A DNA stretch of 62,944 nucleotides, counting the filler, from Globobulimina sp. (taxonomy: Eukaryota): assembly GCA_003354225.1 (NCBI GenBank). It is 53 parts of 53 records of this genome, joined end to end, with 100 filler letters (N's around TTAATTAATTAA, not from the genome) between each part and the next. Parts side by side here need not be neighbours in the genome. Positions count along the whole stretch, not along the records: positions 10,712 to 11,801 come from PIVH01023797.1; positions 11,902 to 12,991 come from PIVH01023798.1; positions 13,092 to 14,181 come from PIVH01023799.1; positions 14,282 to 15,371 come from PIVH01023800.1; positions 15,472 to 16,561 come from PIVH01023801.1; positions 16,662 to 17,751 come from PIVH01023802.1; positions 17,852 to 18,941 come from PIVH01023803.1; positions 19,042 to 20,131 come from PIVH01023804.1; 45 more parts are not named here. One strand, written 5' to 3'. Positions 11,049 to 21,421 of this stretch are shown here, piece after piece (within the stretch, counting starts at the first letter, position 1; each line of letters opens with the position of its first letter). The notes under the pieces are model-generated. The model did no database searches and was not told the origin of the DNA. It worked only from the letters and a program-made list of their open reading frames with translations. The position numbers were made by a program, and so were the translations under genes.

Positions 11049-11801
11049 CTAAAAGAATAAATACGGTCCAATGGAAGAGCAAACAATTAGACATATTAAA
11101 CCGCCTTCAATTCCGCCACAAAGTGTGTCACCAATCCAATGCTTACCAAAATAGATTCTGCCAAAGCCAGCAATGGGAATTAAAACAAGCGTCCACCACC
11201 ATTTTATATCATTGGCATTGAAATACCAATTCATTGTATATATCATAGTGCCCGTAAACACAGCCGCTTGTGCTGTATCTCCAGAGGGCATTGATGCGGA
11301 CCTTTTAAGCAAGAAAATGCCATCCAACTTTACCATTCTCTCTGCGATATTATTTAGATTTGGCCTCCTTCTCTTTATTGATCTCTTTACTGTTTCATTG
11401 ATAATTAAGCATAAGAATGAGTTTACAAAATATAACATAGATTGGAATACTATGGAATATATCAGTATTAATATAGTAATACCAATGAATGAGTAAACCA
11501 CTGTTGGTATCAACATAAATACATCAAATAAACAGCCAAATTCTAATCGTTGTATGAATGATGTATAATATTTGTCATTTTGATCCAATGTATTTAAGCA
11601 AGAATAGAGTCTAAAAGTTGATAAAGATGTTGTTTCAGTAATTCCTATATCACCGTCGCTTAATTCATTATCTTCATCTTGTACACGCAGTGATATTTTA
11701 TCTCTTGCAATGTCTATTAGTTTGTCATTTACATTTGGCTCGAATTTTAATTTTCTTTCTTCAATTTCAGATGATTTGATTTTTTTATTGTGTTTGTTGT
11801 C
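11049..11801 (-). CDS. PAP2-superfamily membrane phosphatase-like protein (5' partial)
   Basis: C1 KRSIKRRRP, C2 PSGD (normally PSGH), C3 GRIYFGKHWIGD, with several TM helices. Confidence 0.88.
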   Translation of the reverse strand, partial: DNKHNKKIKSSEIEERKLKFEPNVNDKLIDIARDKISLRVQDEDNELSDGDIGITETTSLSTFRLYSCLNTLDQNDKYYTSFIQRLEFGCLFDVFMLIPTVVYSFIGITILILIYSIVFQSMLYFVNSFLCLIINETVKRSIKRRRPNLNNIAERMVKLDGIFLLKRSASMPSGDTAQAAVFTGTMIYTMNWYFNANDIKWWWTLVLIPIAGFGRIYFGKHWIGDTLCGGIEGGLICLIVCSSIGPYLFF

Positions 11802-12038
11802 NNNNNNNNNNNNNNNNNNNNNNNNNNNNNNNNNNNNNNNNNNNNTTAATTAATTAANNNNNNNNNNNNNNNNNNNNNNNNNNNNNNNNNNNNNNNNNNN
11901 NTTGGTCTGGGAGTTGCCCGGTATTATGCCGTTACTGAATCCAAGGTGCTTCATGCTGCGGATAGAAACCATTCCGGTTCTGCTGTTTCCCCTGGGGGCA
12001 GCATACCGAAAAATGAAACACAATAAAGGATTTCGGGC

Positions 12039-12254
12039 ATGAAAAAAGAAGATTTCAAGCAGGCTTTAAGGAACTGTCTCAGAAGTATTGATCTTCAAAA
12101 ACGGCAGTCGTGGAATGATACAGACCTGCTCATCTGGTGGGGGGAAGTCCAAAAAAGTGCTTCTTATCTGAGATGGGATCGTGCAACTGGTGATTTATGG
12201 CAGCACGTAAAAATTATGTGTAAAGATATGATCGGTCAAAATGCAGTTTACTAA
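12039..12254 (+). CDS. Small bacterial hypothetical protein
   Basis: Complete 71-aa ORF with an AAGGA RBS. Confidence 0.75.
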   Translation: MKKEDFKQALRNCLRSIDLQKRQSWNDTDLLIWWGEVQKSASYLRWDRATGDLWQHVKIMCKDMIGQNAVY

Positions 12255-12282
12255 GTGAAACAAAATAGGGGAGAGCGAAGAG

Positions 12283-12516
12283 ATGAAAGTGAAAGAGATA
12301 ATAAAGGCTTTTGAAAAACTGGACCCTGAAAGCGATGTTCATTGTTACTCTGAAGATCCAGATTTATTTATCGGCAAACAAGGTATTTTTGAAATAGAAA
12401 ATATAACTGTAAATGACGCCGTAAGAGATCATGAAAAGGGCAACGCAACCATAGAGTTTACAAAGTCAAACAAATCAACAAAGCATGTTCTTATCAATAT
12501 AACTACTGATTTCTAA
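12283..12516 (+). CDS. Small bacterial hypothetical protein (MKVKE..DP..DV-C type)
   Basis: Complete 77-aa ORF with a GGGGAG RBS. Confidence 0.8.
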   Translation: MKVKEIIKAFEKLDPESDVHCYSEDPDLFIGKQGIFEIENITVNDAVRDHEKGNATIEFTKSNKSTKHVLINITTDF

Positions 12517-12554
12517 GGCAGCATAAAGCCTGAAACAAAATAAAGGAGTCAAAT

Positions 12555-12866
12555 ATGGATATAGAAGACATTCAAGACGGAATGGAACTTTCCGAATTAC
12601 TTCAAGAGTTATTAGATGACGGTTACATCGAACACGATGCCTCAATTGGGGTAACAAAAAAAATTATCAGCGATGGCATTGAAAGTCTTAAAGGGAATCA
12701 GATTACAGTTTATGAAAAATATATAAAATCTATTTTTAACAACCATGATACCAAATGTGGAAGATGCCAGACTACGATTGATGACTTGCCGACAAATGAA
12801 AAATTTTTCCTAATATCCCAGGGCTACTGCCCTCTGTGTGATCATAGAATGGGAAAAGATGATTAA
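12555..12866 (+). CDS. Small bacterial protein with a C-terminal CxxC...CxxC putative zinc site
   Basis: 103-aa ORF with an AAGGAG RBS; CGRC and CPLC motifs. Confidence 0.8.
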   Translation: MDIEDIQDGMELSELLQELLDDGYIEHDASIGVTKKIISDGIESLKGNQITVYEKYIKSIFNNHDTKCGRCQTTIDDLPTNEKFFLISQGYCPLCDHRMGKDD

Positions 12867-12895
12867 TTTTGCAACAAAATAGGGGAGTGGGTAAA

Positions 12896-12991
12896 TTGAA
12901 AAAAATAGTTATAATTGGGGTTTTAGTATCTTTAATTGGTATTGTTGGGGCAATTGCGGCCTTACCACCACGATACCAAAATATAAAAGAC
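12896..12991 (+). CDS. Bacterial secreted protein N-terminus (partial, TTG start)
   Basis: MKKIVIIGVLVSLIGIVGAIAA-LPPRYQNIKD looks like a signal peptide and follows a GGGGAG RBS. Confidence 0.7.
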
Positions 12992-13091
12992 NNNNNNNNN
13001 NNNNNNNNNNNNNNNNNNNNNNNNNNNNNNNNNNNTTAATTAATTAANNNNNNNNNNNNNNNNNNNNNNNNNNNNNNNNNNNNNNNNNNNN

Positions 13092-14181
13092 GTTGATATC
13101 CAATTAATCCAAATGTAAAATCCATATTTATTGCATGTATTACATATTTGCCGTACCAATTCCTGCAAATCCTTGCGATAAAAACAAGCACATTTCTTTG
13201 CCACTATGGAGCATACTGCCTTGTTGTCACAGAGTAATAGCAATGCTTTTCCACTCCATTGTGCTGGATTGATACTTAGCATTACGTATATTGCCATCAA
13301 TTCCAGATATACAATATCCGGTGGGTTTGCGTTATTCCATTCAAATAAGTCTTTGTACATTGTTCCATAATAAAATCCATCCTCTTTCATTACAATTCCT
13401 CCAATTCCGATCTTTCCCGATGCGTCAGTCTCAATTGTTACGTCGGCAGCGGCTTTATCATAGAGCAGCCATTTAAACTTAATACTGTTGTTTTGGTTGT
13501 CTTTTATTGGCCCAATCACCATTTCAATATCTCTTGCCATCTCCACTGTAATTCTTACCTTTTCGTTTGGCTCCTTTCCAGATACTGCCTCTTCCAACCT
13601 TCTTAGTGCCGGTATTATATAATAGTGTACGTAGGAAATATGCCGCGCAATTCCAATATATTCGGATATCTGCTTAGCATTTACTTCCTGTTTCTTTTTG
13701 TGCGCTGTTAAGAGCGTTGTTCCTCTCAATATCGTCTTTGATATTTTCACCATTGGTATTGCCAAGGTTTGCGTTACCAAATTCAAAATAAATCCAATCC
13801 ATATCATAATCTGTGTTGGTGTCATTAGTTTTCGTTCCTGGGTTGGTATTCCCAGCCCTTTAAACATCCATTTTATTACGTAATATTGCTGCCAACATTT
13901 CGTTTCTGTCCGATGTCCCGCAAAAAAATCGTCCAAATAATTGTGTAATATACATCTATCTCCCAAGAAAAATAAGTCCTGATATTTATTAGCAATGATC
14001 CATGCCACTGCCGATGCGAATATTGTGTAGATATTGCAACTCGATCCTCCTCCAAATACCAATGCCGTCCATAAAAAGATCCAAACTCCGATTTTCATGG
14101 CGAACCATGGTATAAATTTATTGTTTATTGGCACTCGATTGAATGCATTCTGCGCATCCGCCGAAATCATCCATTTTATTC
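13092..14181 (-). mobile_element. DIRS-type (tyrosine-recombinase) retrotransposon RT + RNase H, partial
   Basis: ISADAQNAFNRVP, LVFGGGSSC, YLDDF and WIGFILN, then RNase H motifs TDASGKIGIGG, DIVYLELMAI and CDNKAV. Confidence 0.85.
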
Positions 14182-14395
14182 NNNNNNNNNNNNNNNNNNN
14201 NNNNNNNNNNNNNNNNNNNNNNNNNTTAATTAATTAANNNNNNNNNNNNNNNNNNNNNNNNNNNNNNNNNNNNNNNNNNNNAGGTTAAGGTCACCGCCCA
14301 AAATTGTTTTCTCTCCTTCATATTTAAATTGGAATAATTGTGTACCGTCACCATATTTTTGGGGTCTATAATATGAATATATTGAGTTAATAACT

Positions 14396-15000
14396 ATGCT
14401 TGATATTAAGTTTGGATATTAAGTCTTGGAATTAAGTTTGGATATTAAGTTTGATTAAAATGAGCTCAAAACGCAAAATAAAGCATATAATCATGTTCTA
14501 TGATGTTGTGTGATGAAAAATCACCATTTCCATATACATTTGATCATCATTTCCACCACCAAACTGTGAATAAAGATAATTCTTCTAATTATATAATTTT
14601 GAAAATTCGATCTTACAATTTTGAAAACTTTAATCAACTCAACATCTTTTTCTTGTCATCATGAGTGCTTGGCATGCTCCAAGAAGGAATAGATTTACTT
14701 GTTTATAATTCATACACACATTCATTGTGCACACACATTGCGACTTATTCACGTGGCCCTTTACAATGCGACATATAATCAATGACATACTAGTATAACA
14801 ATGTTGAGAGATGTTAATTGAGCTTTCAAAATTATAAAAATTATTTTTATTCACATTTTTGGTGATGGAAATGATGATCAAATGTATATGAAAATGGTGA
14901 TTTTTCATCACATAATATGATAGAACATGATTGTATGCTTTATTTTGTGTTTTGAACTCATTTCAATCGAAACTTAATATCCAAACTTAATATCAAGCAT
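14396..15000. mobile_element. MITE/foldback-like element with long imperfect terminal inverted repeats
   Basis: About 14396-14604 is reverse-complementary to about 14824-15000. The arms contain TTTGGATATTAAG tandem units. No convincing coding sequence. Confidence 0.75.
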
Positions 15001-15005
15001 TGTCA

Positions 15006-15371
15006 ATATAATTAATCATATGGATTTAGCTGTATATCACCATCATTAGTTGTTGGGGCAAAGCTTTTTTTGTTTTTGAAATCAGCAGCCTTTAAAACCA
15101 TCAAAAACATAAAACTAGCATTTTTTATCAAAACGTTGTGCAACTTAACTCTGACAGTTTAGATTCATGAGATAGATATAAGTTTATTATATATTTATGA
15201 TATATTGAAGTATATTTAAAAAAAAAGACTTGTTTCATGTTGTAAACCATATAAAATGCTAGTTTTATGTTTTTGATGGTTTTAAAGGCTGCTGATTTCA
15301 AAAACAAAAAAAGCTTTTCCCCAACAACTAATGATGGTGATATACAGCCAAATCCATATGATTAATTATAT
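15006..15371. mobile_element. Second MITE/foldback-like element, 119-bp arms
   Basis: 15006-15124 matches the reverse complement of 15253-15371; I found two mismatches. Confidence 0.8.
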
Positions 15372-15472
15372 NNNNNNNNNNNNNNNNNNNNNNNNNNNNN
15401 NNNNNNNNNNNNNNNTTAATTAATTAANNNNNNNNNNNNNNNNNNNNNNNNNNNNNNNNNNNNNNNNNNNNT

Positions 15473-16561
15473 GATGAATACCATGAATCTGATGCAATAC
15501 ATAAAAATAAACCAGCCCCAATGATATTGCTCCAAAAACCGATCAATAAACAAATAATGGCGATAAATATACATAATCAATTACAGACATATAATACAGA
15601 CGAGATCCCATCGTGCCATCGTGCCAGATTTGAGAGCCACATAAAATTATATAATGATATAACCAATAAACCGTTTCCAATACTTTGGAACAATTTGCGT
15701 TACGATCGCGCCTATAGCCCGTCAGTAATGCACCTAAAGTTGACATTAAACGACAACAAGCTGTACTGCACAACATTTATGCGTTACTTAGGTGCCATGC
15801 TGTGCAGCTACGACGAGGATAATCTGGTTTCCACTGTGAACACAAACAAGCACTTTTTAAAAAAAAATGCATTGGATTTCAATCATGATTATATATCCCT
15901 GGATGATAAGATTCGTATCCTTAAAACTTTTTATTTAGTCTACACGGAGATCTTTGCGCAAATATTGGATGCGGATACTGTCAATTTGCAAGAAGCGAAC
16001 CAAAAACAGCTCGCAGCAATAAAACAGCAAACCAATATAAAACAGTTTGTGCCACAACAACTTTACCTTTGGGCTGGTATCCCAACGCCGTTTGAAAGAT
16101 GGGTGTCCTTAAAATTAGTATTTTATTGGAAACTGCTACACATTTCCAATGTCTCCTTAATGCACCAATGGGCCCGCCTGCCGCATATCAATCACCATAA
16201 ACTATATAAACAATATGCGTTATTAAAACGAAACTGGCTACCAACAGTTAGCCAAGTTGTCCAGAATACTGTCCTGACGGTGGATCCTTTTGACACCGTT
16301 GATGAACCACATGAACTGCGCCCAATGATAATAAAGGCGCAGCACCAACACATCCTCGACAAACTGAACAAGTACCATCCACTAAAGGTACTAAAATACT
16401 GCACCAGCGACTATAAACCAATGAACATGTATGAATTGAATGAATTGGAAGATTACATAAAGGTGGCGATGATTAAAACATATCGCGAATTATTCTATAA
16501 CTTCAACCAACATACTCCTTATTGTAAATTATGCCAAAAGACCATCAATAAACCATTGGAA
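15473..16561 (+). mobile_element. Non-LTR retrotransposon (LINE) ORF2, RT thumb to C-terminal Cys region, partial
   Basis: MRYLG, ISLDDKIRILKTF, LYLWAGIPTPFERWVSLKLVFYWKL and YCKLCQ..E occur in the LINE order. Confidence 0.65.
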
Positions 16562-17851
16562 NNNNNNNNNNNNNNNNNNNNNNNNNNNNNNNNNNNNNNN
16601 NNNNNTTAATTAATTAANNNNNNNNNNNNNNNNNNNNNNNNNNNNNNNNNNNNNNNNNNNNCAATATACAAAAATATACCAAATGGAATGGAATGGAATA
16701 TCTTACCATTTTTAATATAGCATCCAACCCTACTACGGAACACTAAACTGTTTTTTCAAATACTCCTCAACTTTTTGCAAACAAATTTCTTTTTATTCAT
16801 GGCAATGTTAGCTGGTAATACCGAATGGATTAACGAATGGCTGTACTGAATGATGGATTGAATTGAATTCGAAGCATCAAAAGTTTAGTTTTAACATGAA
16901 TTAAATGAATGTGTACATAAAATGATGAGAAACCAATGTATCATCCTTGCACGTTGAGATAATTGATCTATTTTACATTTTTTTCATGATAAACTATTGG
17001 ATACAACGTCTTTATCGTATAAATGATTGTCATTTATGGCATGATATACAATAAACCACAGACAATAAATATCCGATTACTTTTCATAGTTGTAATAGAT
17101 TATACTTTTTATGCGCAAAATGTGTATAAAAAAAAAAGTAGTAATTATCAATGACGATATTTGTGGCTTATTCCTGATCATAATATTCCTAAATTTATAC
17201 ATCTATTTTTTTTATAATGATTCATTATAAATCAACTTTTGCTGACCAACAAAACACAAACATACAAATTTCAGATATCATGCAACACGGAAAAAAAATG
17301 GTGATGGCGCAAATCAAAAAATGGTCATTGTCAAGAACATTCAACATAAGATTGCAAAACCTGAACAAATGGAAAAGAAAGGAAACAGTATTTGGCTGAT
17401 TGTAATTTCGTTGGGTTGCTTTGTTGCATCACTTGCAAGTATAGCAATTTATTTTTGTTGCATAGTGCCAAAAAAAGAAGTAACATCGGAAGTTAGTCAT
17501 CAGTCAGACTCAAATGTGGCTGTTTAATTATATATTTGAAATGAAATAACATCGTTGTGATATACGTGCGTGTAATGTTTCATATAACTTGAATCAGATT
17601 TAATTTAATTCAAATTCCCTTCTTCTTGACACACAATTAGTCTCTGCAGGTGATATGTTCGTATACCTTCAAACCTTTTTTTTTGTGGTAAAAAAGTTTA
17701 GTACGTTGCATGACTTCTCTGTTGCAACAACTGCAGAAACTTAGATTTGAANNNNNNNNNNNNNNNNNNNNNNNNNNNNNNNNNNNNNNNNNNNNTTAAT
17801 TAATTAANNNNNNNNNNNNNNNNNNNNNNNNNNNNNNNNNNNNNNNNNNNN

Positions 17852-18151
17852 CAATAATGTTAGCGGAGAAACATAATAAATGCAGTCTTCAAAACATGCT
17901 TGAGATTCTAACTCCAAATCAGTGCATATTTCGACTGTCTGCATATATGCATTAGAAATCGCATCACTGTGTTGTTGCGCAAAATCATTCCAATCTGCGT
18001 ATGAATTGGGATTAATATCACAGCTATCTAACAATTGAGAATGTTGCGAGTAAACAATAATATTCTGAAGAATGCGTTGTTCGTCGTTGAAATTCCGATT
18101 CGCACTGCAACTTAAAAATATAATCAAGAAAACGGATGGTATGAATTGCAT
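17852..18151 (-). CDS. Secreted protein N-terminus (partial)
   Basis: Signal-peptide-like MQFIPSVFLIIFLSCSA, with several Cys. Confidence 0.5.
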
Positions 18152-18383
18152 TGGGGGTTAGTTGAGGACAGTGATGCTTGCAAGTAAAAAACATTACCTT
18201 AAAGTCTTCATTAACTATCACAAATTATTTGCACAAATAAATCAGCAATGAAAATGTGGTGAATATTAAAAAAAACTAATAAACACAAAACTAGCTCAAT
18301 CCCTGATACATCGAACAAAACGAGTTTGAAAAAATTCGATCATTCAAATACATTTTTTTGAATAATATTAAATTATTAATCAA

Positions 18384-18737
18384 CTACTTTTTATTACGAC
18401 AATGCCGTGGCGCCATTAAATCATAAATCCATACAATTCTTTTTTCTGTTAACATAGTTCCATAATTTTCCTTTACTCCCAAATAATCGCCATTGGTATG
18501 AATACCCACAACCTCTCCATTTACAAATATTGGCGAACCGCTCTGTCCGCCGGTTGTATCAATATCATATGACAGCAAATACTCCTTATCCAATACAACA
18601 ATTTCACCATTCATTCCCCACAATTCACCATTTTTTTCACCTGGAAATCCGTATATTTCCTTTGAACCTGTTTGTTTTTTATTGTTTGTTTTTTGGACAT
18701 TAACAACTGCATTGATCGCACTTTTAACCAGATTCAA
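18384..18737 (-). CDS. Trypsin-like (V8/glutamyl endopeptidase-type) serine protease, C-terminal half
   Basis: YGFPG..YDIDTTGGQSGSPIF..VVGIH. The His/Asp half is not visible (upstream exon or truncation). Confidence 0.8.
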   Translation of the reverse strand: MNLVKSAINAVVNVQKTNNKKQTGSKEIYGFPGEKNGELWGMNGEIVVLDKEYLLSYDIDTTGGQSGSPIFVNGEVVGIHTNGDYLGVKENYGTMLTEKRIVWIYDLMAPRHCRNKK

Positions 18738-19231
18738 GATATTGCTCTGTTAATTGCGCAATTGCCAGAGAATACTAACTATTTCAGACCAAAAACGAAA
18801 ATGGGCAATTATTTAGTAACTATTTGAAGTGTTTCTAAAAAATGTAACAAATAATACATAAAAAATATATTTAAAATTTATAATAATAATAATAAGTTGT
18901 CTAATTTTAATTTGATTTCATTGAAAAATCACACGCATTCCNNNNNNNNNNNNNNNNNNNNNNNNNNNNNNNNNNNNNNNNNNNNTTAATTAATTAANNN
19001 NNNNNNNNNNNNNNNNNNNNNNNNNNNNNNNNNNNNNNNNNGGATTGTTTTTTTTTTGTTTTCATATACAGTGTAAGTGTGTTTCTGTTTTTACTTTATA
19101 TGAATGTAGTAATTAATTATTATATTCCTATTGTATTTCTGGTGGGCAATATCGAAAGTGAAGAAAAGTGTTACATCACTTACATGCTCAGTTAGAGTGA
19201 GTTTTGTGTAAATCAGAAATCAACCTTCCCC

Positions 19232-19976
19232 ATGACTGAACAAAAAACTTTTCAATTCTTAGACACACCAGTCAGACATCGTAACATGACAACAGGTTTA
19301 TTTCCTTTCATATATGATTTGTGAATGAAAACATATAAAATAAATGCATATTAAAGACCCAGGTGACGCAACAACAGAAATAAATTCCGCGATATCAGGA
19401 ACCATTAACTCTGCCATAGACACAACCGGATCACTAGCAACCAATAGAAATGTAGTCAAAAAATTAAAAAATAGCGTTAAATTCATTCAGGAAAGAAGAT
19501 GGTTGTCAACATGCAGGTACTCGCCACATCATACCACAATCACAAATAACCACAATAAATAACAGAGGGATTCCCGAATTTCTATCCCCGACTGAATTCT
19601 CCAGACCTGCTCCAAACTCAATTTGGAAGCGACTCTCCGCCAATACACAATATTTCTTTACAAACTGTATGTTGACTGGCTATGTTTTCCGATGGCACAC
19701 ATCATATATTCACAGATTCATATATATATATCTATAGATATCGCACTTAGTTTGTTAGTATTTTCATTTACAATATTAACGGATATATGGCTATTTTTTG
19801 GCATGTTAGCAATTGGATATTTATGGTTCATGGCCAGCAGACAACAAAAAATATCCATTGGGAAATTTTCATTGGAAGGAAATAGGAAAATTGGCGCATT
19901 GTGTATAGTGACAGTAATTGTGATGATTCTGTTAGGATTTCACGAAACAATTTTTGTGACTGCTGCAATTTCAGCG
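19232..19976 (+). CDS. PRA1 (prenylated Rab acceptor) family protein, three introns, 3' end truncated by a chimera
   Basis: Splicing GT-AG introns 19296-19356, 19517-19565 and 19667-19737 gives RGIPEFLSPTEFSRPAPNSIWKRLSANTQYFFTNYIAL followed by TM helices. Confidence 0.85.
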
Positions 19977-20131
19977 CCACTAAAGTTATCAGTCAACTTT
20001 ACAATTTCTGAGATTTTTACATCACTGTCAAGTGGCTTTTTCTTTGTATGAATCTCAAAGATATACAATCTTCCTTTTTCATCAGGATTTGGAACTTTGA
20101 TGATTCTATCAAATCTGCCTGGTCTAAGAAG
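19960..20131 (-). pseudogene. CDC48/VAT-type AAA+ ATPase fragment, archaeal-like (chimeric)
   Basis: Reverse strand reads LLRPGRFDRIIKVPNPDEKGRLYIFEIHTKKKPLDSDVKISEIVKLTDNFSGAEIAAV. Confidence 0.85.
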
Positions 20132-20422
20132 NNNNNNNNNNNNNNNNNNNNNNNNNNNNNNNNNNNNNNNNNNNNTTAATTAATTAANNNNNNNNNNNNN
20201 NNNNNNNNNNNNNNNNNNNNNNNNNNNNNNNTGTAGCGTAGAAACACTAGTTCGATATGATTTATATGGCGGTGTATTTTCTGCGGTTGACAAGCCATTA
20301 TTTGTCTGTCCATCGCAATCAAATAATATGCTGGTTTATGGATATCTGAATGGGATTAATTGCAATGTAAATAAGAGTGTGGCTCCATTATCTATTTATG
20401 AATTGGATTAAAAGTCGAAACG

Positions 20423-20956
20423 TCATAAAAACAGTTTCCGTTTATGTACAGTGTATACCTTTATTCTTTCCGGTACAAACGGAGCACATTCCGGTGGAGG
20501 CTGACTTTTCCTTTTTCCTTCAATGGATTGTTTTAATTGTAATGCTGCGGCATTGTTAGGAGACAATGATAATACTTCATTCACGAATTCTAAAGCAGAC
20601 GGCATATCTTTCATTTTATAAAAAGATAAAGCTGCTCGGAATATGGATTTAATGTGGGTCCGGTTTGAGAACATAGCAGCAGTCGTTGCGTGATGGTTAG
20701 CGCTGCTGTACTCTCCTAAATTAATGTAACATTGAGACGCATTGGATTGTGCCTTTACTAATAACATTTCATGAGCAGTTAATGCGCGCTCTGGATTATA
20801 GCCAGCAGGCATGTATTTCACCATTGTTGAGCAGATTGCCTCATACCTTGCTATTGCCGCTTTATATTTGCCTTGTTTGAATAACTTATTTGCTGCTTTA
20901 TTACTTTCTTCACCATCTATCAATGCACGTGATTTTAAAAATTCCTCTGATGACAT
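20423..20956 (-). CDS. TPR-repeat protein (co-chaperone-like triple TPR)
   Basis: ANKLFKQGKYKAAIARY, SNASQCYINLGEY, KSIFRAA and LSLSPNN. Likely start is MSSEEF at 20956. Confidence 0.85.
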   Translation of the reverse strand: MSSEEFLKSRALIDGEESNKAANKLFKQGKYKAAIARYEAICSTMVKYMPAGYNPERALTAHEMLLVKAQSNASQCYINLGEYSSANHHATTAAMFSNRTHIKSIFRAALSFYKMKDMPSALEFVNEVLSLSPNNAAALQLKQSIEGKRKSQPPPECAPFVPERIKVYTVHKRKLFL

Positions 20957-21022
20957 GATTAGGAAATAAAATAAAATAAAAAAACTACCAACTAACCACT
21001 CCAAAACTTGTACAGGCAAAGA

Positions 21023-21321
21023 ATGGGAAACAACAATAACTGTTGTGGTTGCGATGACAATCAAGCAAAACATGAACATCTATTATTAAAGCAACAAATG
21101 AACACACATAAGTTACTAAAAAATACTGAATCACAGCCTATGGAATGTTTAAATACAAATTGCAAAGAAAAACTTTCAGATGAAGCATATAGTGACAATA
21201 TTACAATTGAAAAAATAACAGAAAATGAGCAACAAAAAGAAAATAACCGCCAAGACAGCACACCTAATAATCCAGTATTGTTATATAAAAATAATATGCA
21301 TAGTTTATCTCCACTGAAATT
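21023..21321 (+). CDS. Putative N-acylated protein N-terminus (partial)
   Basis: MGNNNNCCGC start suggests myristoylation/palmitoylation. Confidence 0.5.
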
Positions 21322-21421
21322 NNNNNNNNNNNNNNNNNNNNNNNNNNNNNNNNNNNNNNNNNNNNTTAATTAATTAANNNNNNNNNNNNNNNNNNNNNNN
21401 NNNNNNNNNNNNNNNNNNNNN

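Larger units (their letters stand above)
12014..12887 (+). repeat. Four copies of a 17-18 bp gene-boundary motif containing a Shine-Dalgarno sequence
   Basis: TGAAACACAATAAAGGA at 12014-12030, TGAAACAAAATAGGGGAG at 12256-12273, TGAAACAAAATAAAGGAG at 12531-12548, TGCAACAAAATAGGGGAG at 12870-12887. Confidence 0.85.

Noticed and set aside
12014-12887. Boundary motifs as CRISPR repeats or canonical attC sites
   Set aside because: The spacers are whole ORFs of 240-340 nt, and the repeats are short, degenerate and non-palindromic.
13040-14170. RT as a bacterial retron, DGR or group II intron
   Set aside because: It is followed directly by a DIRS-type RNase H. I saw no msr/msd, template/variable repeat pair or intron RNA features.
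19623-20051. 142-aa ORF as a single membrane protein
   Set aside because: It is a composite of PRA1 intron, PRA1 exon and antisense CDC48 sequence.
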